Below are positions 45,911 to 55,779 of a stretch of DNA of 64,000 bases, piece by piece (the stretch's first letter is position 1; every line of letters starts with the position of its first letter). A program made the position numbers and the translations under genes. The DNA comes from Sumerlaeia bacterium. Lineage in GTDB: Bacteria > Sumerlaeota > Sumerlaeia > SLMS01 > JAHLLQ01. The DNA lies in contig JAVJSW010000068.1 of NCBI GenBank assembly GCA_040219255.1, forward strand, positions 128,001-192,000. Direction: 5' to 3'. Below the pieces are notes generated by a model. It was not told the origin of the DNA. It worked only from the letters and a program-made list of their open reading frames with translations, and made no database searches.

Positions 45911-48900
45911 TTACGGGGCGATTTCGATGCGTTCCAGAGTGAAGTGATCCAGCGTGACTGGGCTATTCAGGGCGTCGGTCGCGTCGAAGTGCGCGAGGTC
46001 GAACGCCGCCAGAATCGTCTGGCCGTCCGCCGCGCCGGCGGGTACCTGGAGGTACACGTCGTAAAGGCGGCCCTGGCCATCGGCGGTTTCCGTCGAGCCG
46101 TTGATGCTATCGACGGAGACGACGCTGGAGACCTGGAAGCCGCTCAGGTTGAGACGGCCTCGGAAGGACGGCACTTCGGCGGGGTTGTCACTCGCCGCGC
46201 GGATCAGGAACCGCCCGCGATAGAGCGCTCCCGGCGTCGCCGCGACGCCCGTGTCGGTGTTCCAGAAGCCGAAGCTCGGCGTCTGGCTGGCGGCCAGATC
46301 GAGACCACCGGAGAGACCCGAGGCCCGCAGCGGCAACGGCAGGAAACCGTCCGCACCGCCAAAGAGCCAGCCTTCCGAACTGGAGTCGAAGTCCTGGGAA
46401 ACCAGCGTTTCGAGTACGTTGACACGCTCCGGATCGACCGGCCGCACGTTCAGGCGATCGAGGAAGAAGGTGGCATCGCTGGCGTCGAAGCCCGACACGT
46501 TCAGCAGATCGAGTGCCACGAACCAATCGTCGAGCCCGTCGGAAGCCGCCGCCGGCGTAAAGAACGTCCGGTATTCACGGCCCTGCGGGCCGGGCGAGAG
46601 GCGGCCGTCGCCGACCGACTCGACGCTGAGGAACGCGCCCTTCTGGAACGATTGGTTGTTGAAGCGCAGGCGCAGGTTCGGCACCAGCGAGCTGTCGCTG
46701 ACGTCGCTGCTGACCTGGGCGATCACCTCGTAGAGCGTATTCGGCTCGATGGAAATGGCGTCTTCCGGCAGGCTCAGGAAGCCGAAAGTTTCCGTGTTGT
46801 CCGCCGAGCGCAGGCCCGGACGGCTCCCATCGACGACCGGCACGGTGGGCAGGAAATCCGCGATGGGATCACTGAACCGCACCGTGTCGAGACGCAGCAC
46901 GAGGAAAGCCTCGATCTGTCCGTCGCCCGTGGGCGGGCCTTCGATGCGCAGCAGATCGCCGATCACGAAGTCCTCCAGCGCAATGGCCCCGTCTTCCACA
47001 TCCACCAGCAAGGTGTCGGTGGTGACCTGGGCCGTGACGCCACTGGCGGTCAGGGTCCGCGCCACGAGGTCCACATCGGTCAGGATGGACGCCAGAATGT
47101 CGATGTGCTTGGCGACCAGGATACCGTTGCTCAGCTTGGGACCGCTGACGAAGACAAGGTCGCCTTCGCGCAGGTCACCGAGGTCCGTGCTCTGGCGGCG
47201 GAAGCCGCGAATGTTCGGCTCCTGCGTCAGATCCACGGGGGTCGCGCCAACGGTCATGCTGGTCAGGTCGTCGCTGATTCCGGTGATCAGACCACGAACG
47301 CGGGCGGGAATGCCCGGTTCGTCGTTCTCTTCCAGAACGCGAATCTTCAGGGCGAGGAGCATGCCCTCGCGCACCTGCCCATGGACGCGGACCAATTGAT
47401 CGACGCCCAGATCGGCGAAGCTCAGGGGGTCGCCGCGGCGGCTGGTGATTTCCGTCAGGTCCAGCACCTTGATAAGGATGCCGGCGACTTCGATGGTCAT
47501 CGTTTCGCTCGAGATGGCGTCGATCTTGCCGACGATGTGTTCCGGCGCGGGCGGGGTGTCGCCTTCGCGGCGGAGCAGTTTGACTTCGCAGGCGATCAGC
47601 CCGGCAAAGCCCGCGATTGCCTCGACCTTGACGATGTCGCCCACGTTCAGGTCGGCGGGCGTGATGGGGTTGCCTTCGCGGTCGGAGAACTCGGTTTCCG
47701 AGGTCAGGTCCACCGCGGTTCCGGCAACGACCATCTGGCTGTTGGCGACTTGCTCGATGGGGCCGGAAAACTCGATGGTGGGGCCGCAGCGGTCGTCACC
47801 GTCTTCGTCTTCCAGCTTCACCTTGCGGGCGATCCAGTCCTCGCCGACTACCCGGCCTTCGACCTCGACGAATTGGCCGACGGCCAAATCAGCGATGGTC
47901 AGCGGGGTGCCATTGTCGCCGAAAATGCGCGTATTGGGCGTCACCAGGATCGAACGATCCCGGATAACGATTTCCACGGACGTTGTCTCGAAAGCGGGGT
48001 TGATGGCGGCGATGGGGCCTTCGATTTCGAATTCGAGACCGAGCGGCCCTTCGACTTTGATTTCAAGCGCCAGGATCGCCGGCATCGGCGGCAGACTCGC
48101 TTCGCCCTTGCCGGGATCGGGGTGGAGGACGATGCCTTCCACCTCGACAAACTGACCGACGGACAAGTCCGCCAGCGTCAACGTGGTGGCGCGGTCTTCG
48201 CCGCGAATGACCGTATTCTCGTCCACCAGCACAGGGATTTCACCGTTCAGGACCAGGGCGCCGTTCGTTAGGTCGATGTCGCTGATGCGGCCACGGACCT
48301 CGATTTCATCGACCGGCGTTTGGTCGCGAAGCTTGATCATCTCCGCCAGCACGACACCGTCGGTGCGCAGCCGGCCCTTGACGAAAACCGGCTGGCCCTC
48401 GGCCAGATCGCCGAAGGTCAAGCGCTCGTTTTCGAACCCGAGAATCATCGTGCGCGACGTGACGGCGACGCGGAAGTCAGCCACCCGCAAGGTTTGGTTG
48501 CTGACGTCGATCGCTTCGATAACGCCCGGGATGCGGACCTCGTCGCCCGGGTCCCCATCGTCGTCGTCTTCGTCGACACGGATCACCGTGGCCACCAATT
48601 CACCGTTGCTGTTGAAGCAACCGCGCACCCGCACCTCGAGATCGCCAATCAGGTGATCGAACGGCACGGGGCGGTTTTCGTCACGGACGATGCGCGTCTC
48701 GGAAGTAATCAAGACCACGGTGCCATCCACGACGATCTTGCCGGCGGCGCGGTCGATTTCCTCGATTTCGCCTTCCACCACTCCGGGCTCGGGACAGGCG
48801 GGATCAGTATTCTCGCAGTCCTCAGAACGATTCAGGAAGACCAGCGGGAAGGGCGGCGTCGCCGCCGTGCGCAGGCACGCGGCGAACTCGACGCAGTCGC

Positions 48901-50656
48901 CGATGGCCAAATTCTCGAGCGCATCCTCGGACACGTCCGAGAAGCCCTCCACCACCTTCATGGGGAAGCCGTCCACGGAAACCAGGCCGCGGTCTTCGCT
49001 GAGGAACGTTACCCGGCCCGTCATCGCGGGGCTCGGCGCGCAATCCGTGGGGTCTGGGTCGCCGCCGCAATCGTCTTCCAGATCGATGGACAACGCCACC
49101 AGCGGGAAGGCGTTCGCGCAGGCTTCCACCTCGACGCAGTCCCCAACCGCCAGGTCGCTCAGTCCGGTCAGGGAACCCTCGAAAGCGGTCTGGTTATTTA
49201 CGACGAAAATCACACCGTTGACCACGATACCGGAAACGCCGTCGGTGCTGACTTCGCGGATCGCGTCGATTCGGCCGCGCTCCTCGATGTCGCGGCAACG
49301 GTCTTCACAATCGTCGCTCTTTCCGATGGATTCCGCGGGGATCGGCAGAACGGCGGTGGCGTCGCTGTTGGGCTTGCAGCCCTCCACCTCGACACACAGG
49401 CCGTCCGTCAGACCGGCGCGGGTCAGGCCGTCCTCGAAAATCGTCGTGTTGGTGATTTCGAAGGGCAGACCGCGTACCACAATGACGTTGTCGGATGAGT
49501 TGATGAGTTGAACGCGGCCCTCGACCTCGATTTCGTCGCAGGTGTCGTCATCGCAGTCGTCGCTCAGGGCGACCACCTCGGCGGCGAGCGGCGGAATCAC
49601 GGTCGGCGTGGGCAGGTCGCCCGGCGCCGGCAGGCAGCCCTTCGCATACAGGCATGCCCCAGCGACGATACTCTCGCGCGAGGCGCCATTCTTGAATTCG
49701 GTTTCGTCGGTCAGGAAGAAGCGATAGCCGTCGATGTTGAACTCGCCGGTCGCGGTCACTTCCAGGACTTCGCCTTCAGCGTCGATTTCCTGGCATCCGC
49801 CGACGCCGCAGTCGTCGCTGCGGCGAACGCGTTCGGCGTCGGCGATGGCCGGGATCGTGGGCGCTTGCCCGCCCGGCGCCGTTTCCGGCGTCGGGATGCA
49901 GCCCTTCACCTCGACACAGTCGCCCACGTTGAGCGCCAGGAACCCTTCGATGCCATCGAAGTCCGTCGCGCCGGTCACGAAGAAGCCCAGGTCGCCCACG
50001 ACAAAGGTGCGGTTGGCCCGGTCGATGGCGGAAATCCGTCCTTGCCGCTCCACGTCGGCGCAGCCGCCACCGGGGCCGCCGCAGTCATTGCTGCGGCCCA
50101 CAAAAGCCGCGTGCTTCGGATCTTCATCGGTGTCGCCGCAGGCTTCGACCACCAGGCAGGTGCCCAATTCGGCGCCGAAAAGGTCGAACCCGACCCGCGT
50201 CTCGCCGGTGATCAGGAAGACCTGGCCGTCCACGGTGATGGTTCCCAGGCCGGGAGCCACCGCTTCGAGCCGGCCCACGACGCGGATTTCCTGCGAGCAG
50301 TCCTCGCCGCCTTCGCCGCAGTCGTCGCTTGGGTCCATCTCCACGATAACCAAAGGCAGCGTCCCGGTGGTGGGGGCGGAAAGCTCGAGTTCCACGCAAT
50401 CGCCGACCGCATAGGAGTCGAGGCCTCCCTCGATGTCCGAAACCCCTGGAATCACGGCGGCGGTGATCCCCCCATCGAGCGTCACCGTCGAGGAGGTCAG
50501 CCGGGTGATGACTCCCGTCACGTCCCCTTCCGGCGGCTGAGCCGCCAATGGGCTCGACAAGAGCAGGGAGAAGAGCAGGATAAATAAGGGCGTCAGGAAA
50601 CAGGCCGCCGGAGAGCGGCGGCAGGCCCTGATCCTTCGAAAAAGGACGTCGGACAT
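45911..50656 (-). CDS. Giant secreted protein with about 15 DUF5666 (OB-fold-like) repeats and a duplicated C-terminal beta-sandwich
   Basis: Signal peptide ...SSPLAA-Q; repeats G.I..I......V.G..V.V...T......L..G..V.V.G; start MSDVLF has GGAGG upstream. Confidence 0.88.
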   Translation of the reverse strand: MSDVLFRRIRACRRSPAACFLTPLFILLFSLLLSSPLAAQPPEGDVTGVITRLTSSTVTLDGGITAAVIPGVSDIEGGLDSYAVGDCVELELSAPTTGTLPLVIVEMDPSDDCGEGGEDCSQEIRVVGRLEAVAPGLGTITVDGQVFLITGETRVGFDLFGAELGTCLVVEACGDTDEDPKHAAFVGRSNDCGGPGGGCADVERQGRISAIDRANRTFVVGDLGFFVTGATDFDGIEGFLALNVGDCVEVKGCIPTPETAPGGQAPTIPAIADAERVRRSDDCGVGGCQEIDAEGEVLEVTATGEFNIDGYRFFLTDETEFKNGASRESIVAGACLYAKGCLPAPGDLPTPTVIPPLAAEVVALSDDCDDDTCDEIEVEGRVQLINSSDNVIVVRGLPFEITNTTIFEDGLTRAGLTDGLCVEVEGCKPNSDATAVLPIPAESIGKSDDCEDRCRDIEERGRIDAIREVSTDGVSGIVVNGVIFVVNNQTAFEGSLTGLSDLAVGDCVEVEACANAFPLVALSIDLEDDCGGDPDPTDCAPSPAMTGRVTFLSEDRGLVSVDGFPMKVVEGFSDVSEDALENLAIGDCVEFAACLRTAATPPFPLVFLNRSEDCENTDPACPEPGVVEGEIEEIDRAAGKIVVDGTVVLITSETRIVRDENRPVPFDHLIGDLEVRVRGCFNSNGELVATVIRVDEDDDDGDPGDEVRIPGVIEAIDVSNQTLRVADFRVAVTSRTMILGFENERLTFGDLAEGQPVFVKGRLRTDGVVLAEMIKLRDQTPVDEIEVRGRISDIDLTNGALVLNGEIPVLVDENTVIRGEDRATTLTLADLSVGQFVEVEGIVLHPDPGKGEASLPPMPAILALEIKVEGPLGLEFEIEGPIAAINPAFETTSVEIVIRDRSILVTPNTRIFGDNGTPLTIADLAVGQFVEVEGRVVGEDWIARKVKLEDEDGDDRCGPTIEFSGPIEQVANSQMVVAGTAVDLTSETEFSDREGNPITPADLNVGDIVKVEAIAGFAGLIACEVKLLRREGDTPPAPEHIVGKIDAISSETMTIEVAGILIKVLDLTEITSRRGDPLSFADLGVDQLVRVHGQVREGMLLALKIRVLEENDEPGIPARVRGLITGISDDLTSMTVGATPVDLTQEPNIRGFRRQSTDLGDLREGDLVFVSGPKLSNGILVAKHIDILASILTDVDLVARTLTASGVTAQVTTDTLLVDVEDGAIALEDFVIGDLLRIEGPPTGDGQIEAFLVLRLDTVRFSDPIADFLPTVPVVDGSRPGLRSADNTETFGFLSLPEDAISIEPNTLYEVIAQVSSDVSDSSLVPNLRLRFNNQSFQKGAFLSVESVGDGRLSPGPQGREYRTFFTPAAASDGLDDWFVALDLLNVSGFDASDATFFLDRLNVRPVDPERVNVLETLVSQDFDSSSEGWLFGGADGFLPLPLRASGLSGGLDLAASQTPSFGFWNTDTGVAATPGALYRGRFLIRAASDNPAEVPSFRGRLNLSGFQVSSVVSVDSINGSTETADGQGRLYDVYLQVPAGAADGQTILAAFDLAHFDATDALNSPVTLDHFTLERIEIAP

Positions 50657-50927
50657 CGGTTTTTCCTCCATGGAGACAGATGGATGCAAAATATCGCACA
50701 TGTGCGAAATCGCAACAGGATTCTCGAAAGGCTAAGTGGACCCAGGCCACTCGCCACTTACAACCTCCAATGGAACGATCGAGGAAAAACCTTGCCGGGA
50801 TCAAACCGCCCCCCCGAGGGTGTAAGAATAAAAACCGCGACTGCCACTGTCCTCTTCAAACGGCTGGCGAAGGAATTCGCCGGTTCGAGGGGCAGCAAGG
50901 GCGGAAGATTCAGGGATTGAAGATTCT

Positions 50928-51545
50928 GTGAGCCAACTGCCACTCGGCCATTCCCCGCCACCCGAGCCGGACCCGTCCATCAGTCTGGAAGTCTTCACCG
51001 CTTTCCAGAACGGCGACGGAGCGGCGATGCAGGTCATCGTCGAGCGCTATCACCACCGCCTCATCGGCTTTGTCCGCATGATCGTGTGGCAACGCGAACT
51101 GGCTGAAGAACTCGCTCAGGAGGTCTTCCTCGAAGCTTACCGGCGGCGCCGGGAAATCACTCGCCCCGAATCGCTCAAGTCCTGGCTCTTCACCGTGGCG
51201 CGCCGCAAAGCCGCCAAGGAACTGGCCAGAAAGCGATACCGGGTGGAAACCTTCCCCGGCGACGAAATGATCCAGGATCTCGCGCCCGCGGTCCATCCCT
51301 CCCAGGCGGAGGGCTTCCAGTTGGAAGAAACGGCCCAAGTGCTGCATGAAATTCTGGACGAGATCAGCCCCGGCGATCGCGAACTGATCACCCTCCGCTT
51401 TTTTGGCGGACTCAGTTATCAGGAAGTCGCCGACGCCATGAACCTTTCCATTGGATCGGTGGGGGTGAAACTCAACCGGGCTCTCTCGCGCCTGAAAAAA
51501 CGGCTGGAGATTCGAGGACTCACCATGGAGGACCTGATGCCATGA
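50928..51545 (+). CDS. ECF RNA polymerase sigma factor
   Basis: AEELAQEVFL, SWLFTVARR (region 2); LRFFGGLSYQEVADAMNLSIGSVGVKLNRA (region 4). Confidence 0.93.
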   Translation: MSQLPLGHSPPPEPDPSISLEVFTAFQNGDGAAMQVIVERYHHRLIGFVRMIVWQRELAEELAQEVFLEAYRRRREITRPESLKSWLFTVARRKAAKELARKRYRVETFPGDEMIQDLAPAVHPSQAEGFQLEETAQVLHEILDEISPGDRELITLRFFGGLSYQEVADAMNLSIGSVGVKLNRALSRLKKRLEIRGLTMEDLMP

Positions 51546-52366
51546 GCAGCAACGAAACCCATAAAGATCTGGAACAAACACTGTCCTCCTTCTCCGGCGA
51601 ATGGTCCCGCGCCCATCGCTCGGCGGACTTCCTGAAGTCTTTCGAGGAGAGACTGGCTGACGAAGTGGCCGCCGACAGCGGTCAGCCGGCCCGCATCGTG
51701 GAGCTTCCCGTGGCGTCCGAGCCGCGCCGCCGCCCCGCCCTGCTGTGGCTCGCCGCCGCCGCCGCCCTGCTCCTCATCGTCCTCGGTTCGATGACCGCCC
51801 ATCATCAGTTGTCCAGTCCCGCCGGTATGGTTCGCTACGCGAGCGCGGGTCTGCGCGAAAGCATCGGGTCGGAAATCCGCCCCGGGCAGAGCTTGGCCTT
51901 CGCGGCCGGTGAGCAGGGGTACGTGACGCTCGATGGTGAGCGCGTGAACGTCTTCTTGCACGAGAATTCCCGGCTCGACATCAAAGCGCCGGACCAGGTG
52001 TTTCTCGCCGCGGGCGAAGCCTGGTTCGCCGTCGAGCCCAATTCCGGGCCCTTCCAGATCGGCACCCCGAGCGGCCGGGTCGAAGTTTTAGGAACGAATT
52101 TTGGCGTCCAATTGTTGGAGTCCGGCATGGAGGTCAGCGTTTCCGACGGACGCGTGCGCGTGACTTCGAAAAGTGAAGATTTTGCTGTCATTGAACGGGG
52201 CACTCGTGCCATGGTATCTGATGAGGGAGGAAGACCGGTGCTGAGCGCCGCGGGGCAAGATGCGACCCCGCAATGGGCTCAGGCACTTCTGGCGGACGCA
52301 CAAGCTTACTTCGCCGCCCGGTACTTCCCCTCTGGTCAGCCACCTCGCACGGACGCCCGGGAATGA
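51542..52366 (+). CDS. FecR-domain anti-sigma factor
   Basis: Cytoplasmic N-terminus, TM (LLWLAAAAALLLIVL), FecR motif LHENSRL...GEAWFAV...VEVLGTNFGV...VSDGRV; ATGA overlap. Confidence 0.88.
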   Translation: MSSNETHKDLEQTLSSFSGEWSRAHRSADFLKSFEERLADEVAADSGQPARIVELPVASEPRRRPALLWLAAAAALLLIVLGSMTAHHQLSSPAGMVRYASAGLRESIGSEIRPGQSLAFAAGEQGYVTLDGERVNVFLHENSRLDIKAPDQVFLAAGEAWFAVEPNSGPFQIGTPSGRVEVLGTNFGVQLLESGMEVSVSDGRVRVTSKSEDFAVIERGTRAMVSDEGGRPVLSAAGQDATPQWAQALLADAQAYFAARYFPSGQPPRTDARE

Positions 52367-53055
52367 TTGCGGACAAAAAACGATACCAAAGCAAAGCGGT
52401 TACCCTCGTGGAACTCCTTATCGTGGTGGCCATCGTTGCGATTCTTGCGGCGATCGCCGTGCCCAACTTCCTGGAAGCGCAGACCCGGGCGAAAGTCTCG
52501 GCCGCGCAGTCCAACCTGCGTGTCCTCAGGGGCGGCCTCGAAACGTACGCCGTCGACTATGGCCGCTATCCGGCCACACGGCCCATGATTCCCAGCGACC
52601 CGCTGGGCCTCCTGGCGAATCATCAACTCAAAGGCCTGACAACCCCCATCGCCTACCTGGGCCCCAGCGCCTTCCGCGATCCCTTTGGACTCGTTCAGGC
52701 CCGCGCGATCCTGCCCTCCGCCTCCTTCCTCAACGGAAACCATGGCGATTTCCCCACCTTGCCGCATCCGAACCCGGAACGCTCGGTCCTGTATTTCCAC
52801 TACCCGACGCTCTCCGCCCGGTTCCAGAATCCGGACCTGTGGATGTCCGGAGCCGCCGCCATCAGCGTGGGACCCGATCAGCAAGACTCGCTCGGTGCCT
52901 ACCGGCCCTATCCCGCCAAGGTTTTCCAGACCTATTACGGCAACAGCGCCATCGCTCATCCACTGGACACGGTCTACGATCCGACGAATGGCACCGTGAG
53001 CGAAGGCGACATCGGAATTTACACGGGGACGGCTTCGCGTTTCGCGGAGCCCTGA
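52363..53055 (+). CDS. Prepilin-type N-terminal cleavage/methylation protein (GspG-like pseudopilin)
   Basis: KA|VTLVELLIVVAIVAILAAIAVPNFLEAQTRAKVS, LETYAVDYGRYP, LTTPIAYL, SVGPD, YDPTNGTVSEGDI; ATGA overlap. Confidence 0.9.
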   Translation: MIADKKRYQSKAVTLVELLIVVAIVAILAAIAVPNFLEAQTRAKVSAAQSNLRVLRGGLETYAVDYGRYPATRPMIPSDPLGLLANHQLKGLTTPIAYLGPSAFRDPFGLVQARAILPSASFLNGNHGDFPTLPHPNPERSVLYFHYPTLSARFQNPDLWMSGAAAISVGPDQQDSLGAYRPYPAKVFQTYYGNSAIAHPLDTVYDPTNGTVSEGDIGIYTGTASRFAEP

Positions 53056-53060
53056 TCGCC

Positions 53061-55688
53061 ATGGGATTTCAGAACCGTTTTCCATCCTCCCGCTCCAAAG
53101 CGGTTTCCCCCGTCGCGGCAAGCCTGCTGGCGGCCGTTCTCGCCGCCGCTCCCGCGGATACCGGCACCACACCGCAGCATAGCGTCGCCGCCGATTTCAA
53201 TGGCGACGGACGCGCCGACATCGCCACCGCCAATTTCTTCGACGACACCGTCGCGATTCATCTGCAGGATGGCGCCGGGAACTTCAACCTCGCCCAGTCG
53301 ATCCCTGTGGGTCTCAATACCAACCCCCTGACCGACAGCGACGGCCCCCGCTTTCTGGCCCTTGAAGATTACAACCGCGACGGCGCCCCCGATCTGACGG
53401 TGCTGTGTTCAGGCAACGTGGCCTTCGGTTCGCGCCCCAGTCTGCAAACCCTGATCAACCTGGGCGACGGGACCTTCGCCCCTCTGCCCGCCGCCGCCAC
53501 CAGCGCCCCCGGTTCCGACGCCCGCCCCGTCCAGTTCGCCCTCGGCCACATGGACGGTGACCACTATCTCGACGCGGTGATCGCGAACCTCGACGTGGCG
53601 GAAATCGCCATCCTGTCGGGCGACGGCACGGGCGCTTTCGATGGCCTGACCTCGATCGTCATGGCGGCGGAGGTGATCGACCTCGCCGTCGTGGACCTGC
53701 AAGGCGATGGCCTCGACGACATCGTCGCCATCGAAGCCCCCGGCACCGTCGTCGCGATCGTTCAGAGCGCCGCCGGAGTGCTCGCAACTCCCCAAACGCT
53801 CGCCGGGCCGATGGCGGGCGCCGATTTGCAGGCGCTGGCCCTTGACGACTTCGACGGCGACGGCTTCCTGGACATCGCCCTGGCCGACCGCTCCGGAGCC
53901 GCTTGGCTGATATCCGGACCCATGAGCCCCAATGAAAACCTGACCCCCATCGCCCTGTCCTCTCCGTCTTTGGTGGGACCGGCCGATATCGCTTCCGTTC
54001 ATTGGGACGGCGATTTCGTGGCCGATGTGGCCCTGGCGGACCTGGACGGTGATCAGGTCGTGATCGTGACCTCCAAAGAGGGCGAAATCACCGCCGCCAC
54101 CGCCCAGGCTCCGCGCCGGCTCTTTTCCGCCGACATCGATGGCGACGGTAACGCCGACCTCGTCACGGCGAACGAGGGCGACCGGCCCGATCAGTCCGGC
54201 ACGGACCCAAACAACGAGGACGTGTCGATCGTCCTCAGCCCGGCGACCGTGCCCCCGGCGGACGGCTTCCCGCAGATCCTGAGCGACCGCGCCATCCCCG
54301 CCAACCTGACGCTCCGCGCGCGGTCGGTCTCCGCCAGTTCCCCGGATTTCGCCTGGGTTCTGACCACCGACGGCCAAACGGTCAAGGCCCGCACGGGCGA
54401 GGGCGTCCTGGTGGCGGCGGCTCAGTTGCCGGCGCAGGCGGGCGCACTGGCGATGGCCTATGAAGACGACGCCAGCTCCGCCTCCCAGGGACTGATGATC
54501 CACCGCTTCGACGCCGAGATTTCCGGCTTCACCTTCAATCTGGAAAATCCCGCCGTGATCGAGGATTTCGCCTCCTCGGCCACCTTCGCCTACGATCCCG
54601 GCGCCTTGGGATTCGCCGGCCTGGCCTGGGATCGCGAGGAAGGCGAACTCTTCGTCTCCGCCCCCGGGAAGGGCGAAATCGTCCGCTTGTCGGAAGCGGG
54701 CACCGTCCTGGGCACCTATCCGGTCACCCCTACGCCGGGGCAGATGACATGGGACCCAGGGCGCGACCTTCTCGTGGTGACCGCCCCGGGGCGCAGCGAC
54801 TTCCGCTTCTACAGCCGCGAAGGCGTGCTTCAGACATCGCCTCCCGCGGCTCCGGTGGATTTGGCGGAGCGAAGCGTTCTTTTCGCCCGCGACGGTCTGG
54901 TGGCGCTCACATACAACGACAACAACGAATTCCTGGCGGTGGGCGGGAACGGATTCGTGCTCAAGGTGGCTCGCAATGGCAGCATCCGGGAGGGCGGCGT
55001 CTTCGGTCCGCTGTCCGACCCGCTGGCGCTGGCTCACGATCCGCTGCTCGGCAAGGTGATCGTGCTCGGCAATTCGGGCGGCTGGGTGGAACTTCTGCCG
55101 GACGACGACTCTGGTTTCCTGACGGTCAGCGAGATGTCGATTTGGCGCATCTGGCAGATCAATCCGGAATTCTCGCCCACCGGACTGACTCTCGCACAGG
55201 ACGGAGAGAACGTCCTGATTTCGGATCGCGACGAAGCGCGACTGGCCCGCTTCGACCGCGCCGATGGGCAGTTCAACGGCTTCCAGCCGGTCTCGCTCGT
55301 CGATCCCGGCCAGATGCCTTACCAGAGCGTCACCAAGAAGAGCCAGGGCAACGGCGTCTACCTGCGCGACCGCCTCAGTCTGCGTGATGGCGAAACGGGC
55401 GAACGCGTGCCCCTGCCTTGGACAAAGCACGGCGATCTCTCGGTCAAGGCCAACGGCGAGGTGGTTCTTTCTCTGCCCAATCCCTCCTCCGTGGGTACGC
55501 TCGACCCAGTCACGAGAACGGAGTCGGTGATCGGTCTCGGTCCGTCCGATTCCACAACCGGCCTGGCCATCGACGAAGCGAGCGGTGAACTGCACCGGCT
55601 CAACACGCGGGCCGGGGAGTTGTCGCTGCAAACCTATCAATTCCAGGGGGCCGCGTCTGTTTCGCCGGCATGGCTGGAGTATCGCTGA
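53061..55688 (+). CDS. Secreted FG-GAP/VCBS-repeat protein with C-terminal beta-propeller region
   Basis: DFNGDGRAD, DYNRDGAPD, HMDGDHYLD, DLQGDGLDD, DFDGDGFLD, HWDGDFVAD, DIDGDGNAD; GLAWD/ALAHD propeller blades; tail ASVSPAWLEYR. Confidence 0.88.
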   Translation: MGFQNRFPSSRSKAVSPVAASLLAAVLAAAPADTGTTPQHSVAADFNGDGRADIATANFFDDTVAIHLQDGAGNFNLAQSIPVGLNTNPLTDSDGPRFLALEDYNRDGAPDLTVLCSGNVAFGSRPSLQTLINLGDGTFAPLPAAATSAPGSDARPVQFALGHMDGDHYLDAVIANLDVAEIAILSGDGTGAFDGLTSIVMAAEVIDLAVVDLQGDGLDDIVAIEAPGTVVAIVQSAAGVLATPQTLAGPMAGADLQALALDDFDGDGFLDIALADRSGAAWLISGPMSPNENLTPIALSSPSLVGPADIASVHWDGDFVADVALADLDGDQVVIVTSKEGEITAATAQAPRRLFSADIDGDGNADLVTANEGDRPDQSGTDPNNEDVSIVLSPATVPPADGFPQILSDRAIPANLTLRARSVSASSPDFAWVLTTDGQTVKARTGEGVLVAAAQLPAQAGALAMAYEDDASSASQGLMIHRFDAEISGFTFNLENPAVIEDFASSATFAYDPGALGFAGLAWDREEGELFVSAPGKGEIVRLSEAGTVLGTYPVTPTPGQMTWDPGRDLLVVTAPGRSDFRFYSREGVLQTSPPAAPVDLAERSVLFARDGLVALTYNDNNEFLAVGGNGFVLKVARNGSIREGGVFGPLSDPLALAHDPLLGKVIVLGNSGGWVELLPDDDSGFLTVSEMSIWRIWQINPEFSPTGLTLAQDGENVLISDRDEARLARFDRADGQFNGFQPVSLVDPGQMPYQSVTKKSQGNGVYLRDRLSLRDGETGERVPLPWTKHGDLSVKANGEVVLSLPNPSSVGTLDPVTRTESVIGLGPSDSTTGLAIDEASGELHRLNTRAGELSLQTYQFQGAASVSPAWLEYR

Positions 55689-55779
55689 GTCCCTCGCCCT
55701 TCCCCTTGCGTCATAGGCCTGCATAGAGTTGCAATATGCCCCGTCAGATTTCACTCCAGGCGGGAGTTTTGCCCCATCC

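Noticed and set aside
50660-50925. ECF promoter motif in the divergent region
   Set aside because: AAC-containing candidates exist but none is distinguishable from chance without a group-specific consensus.
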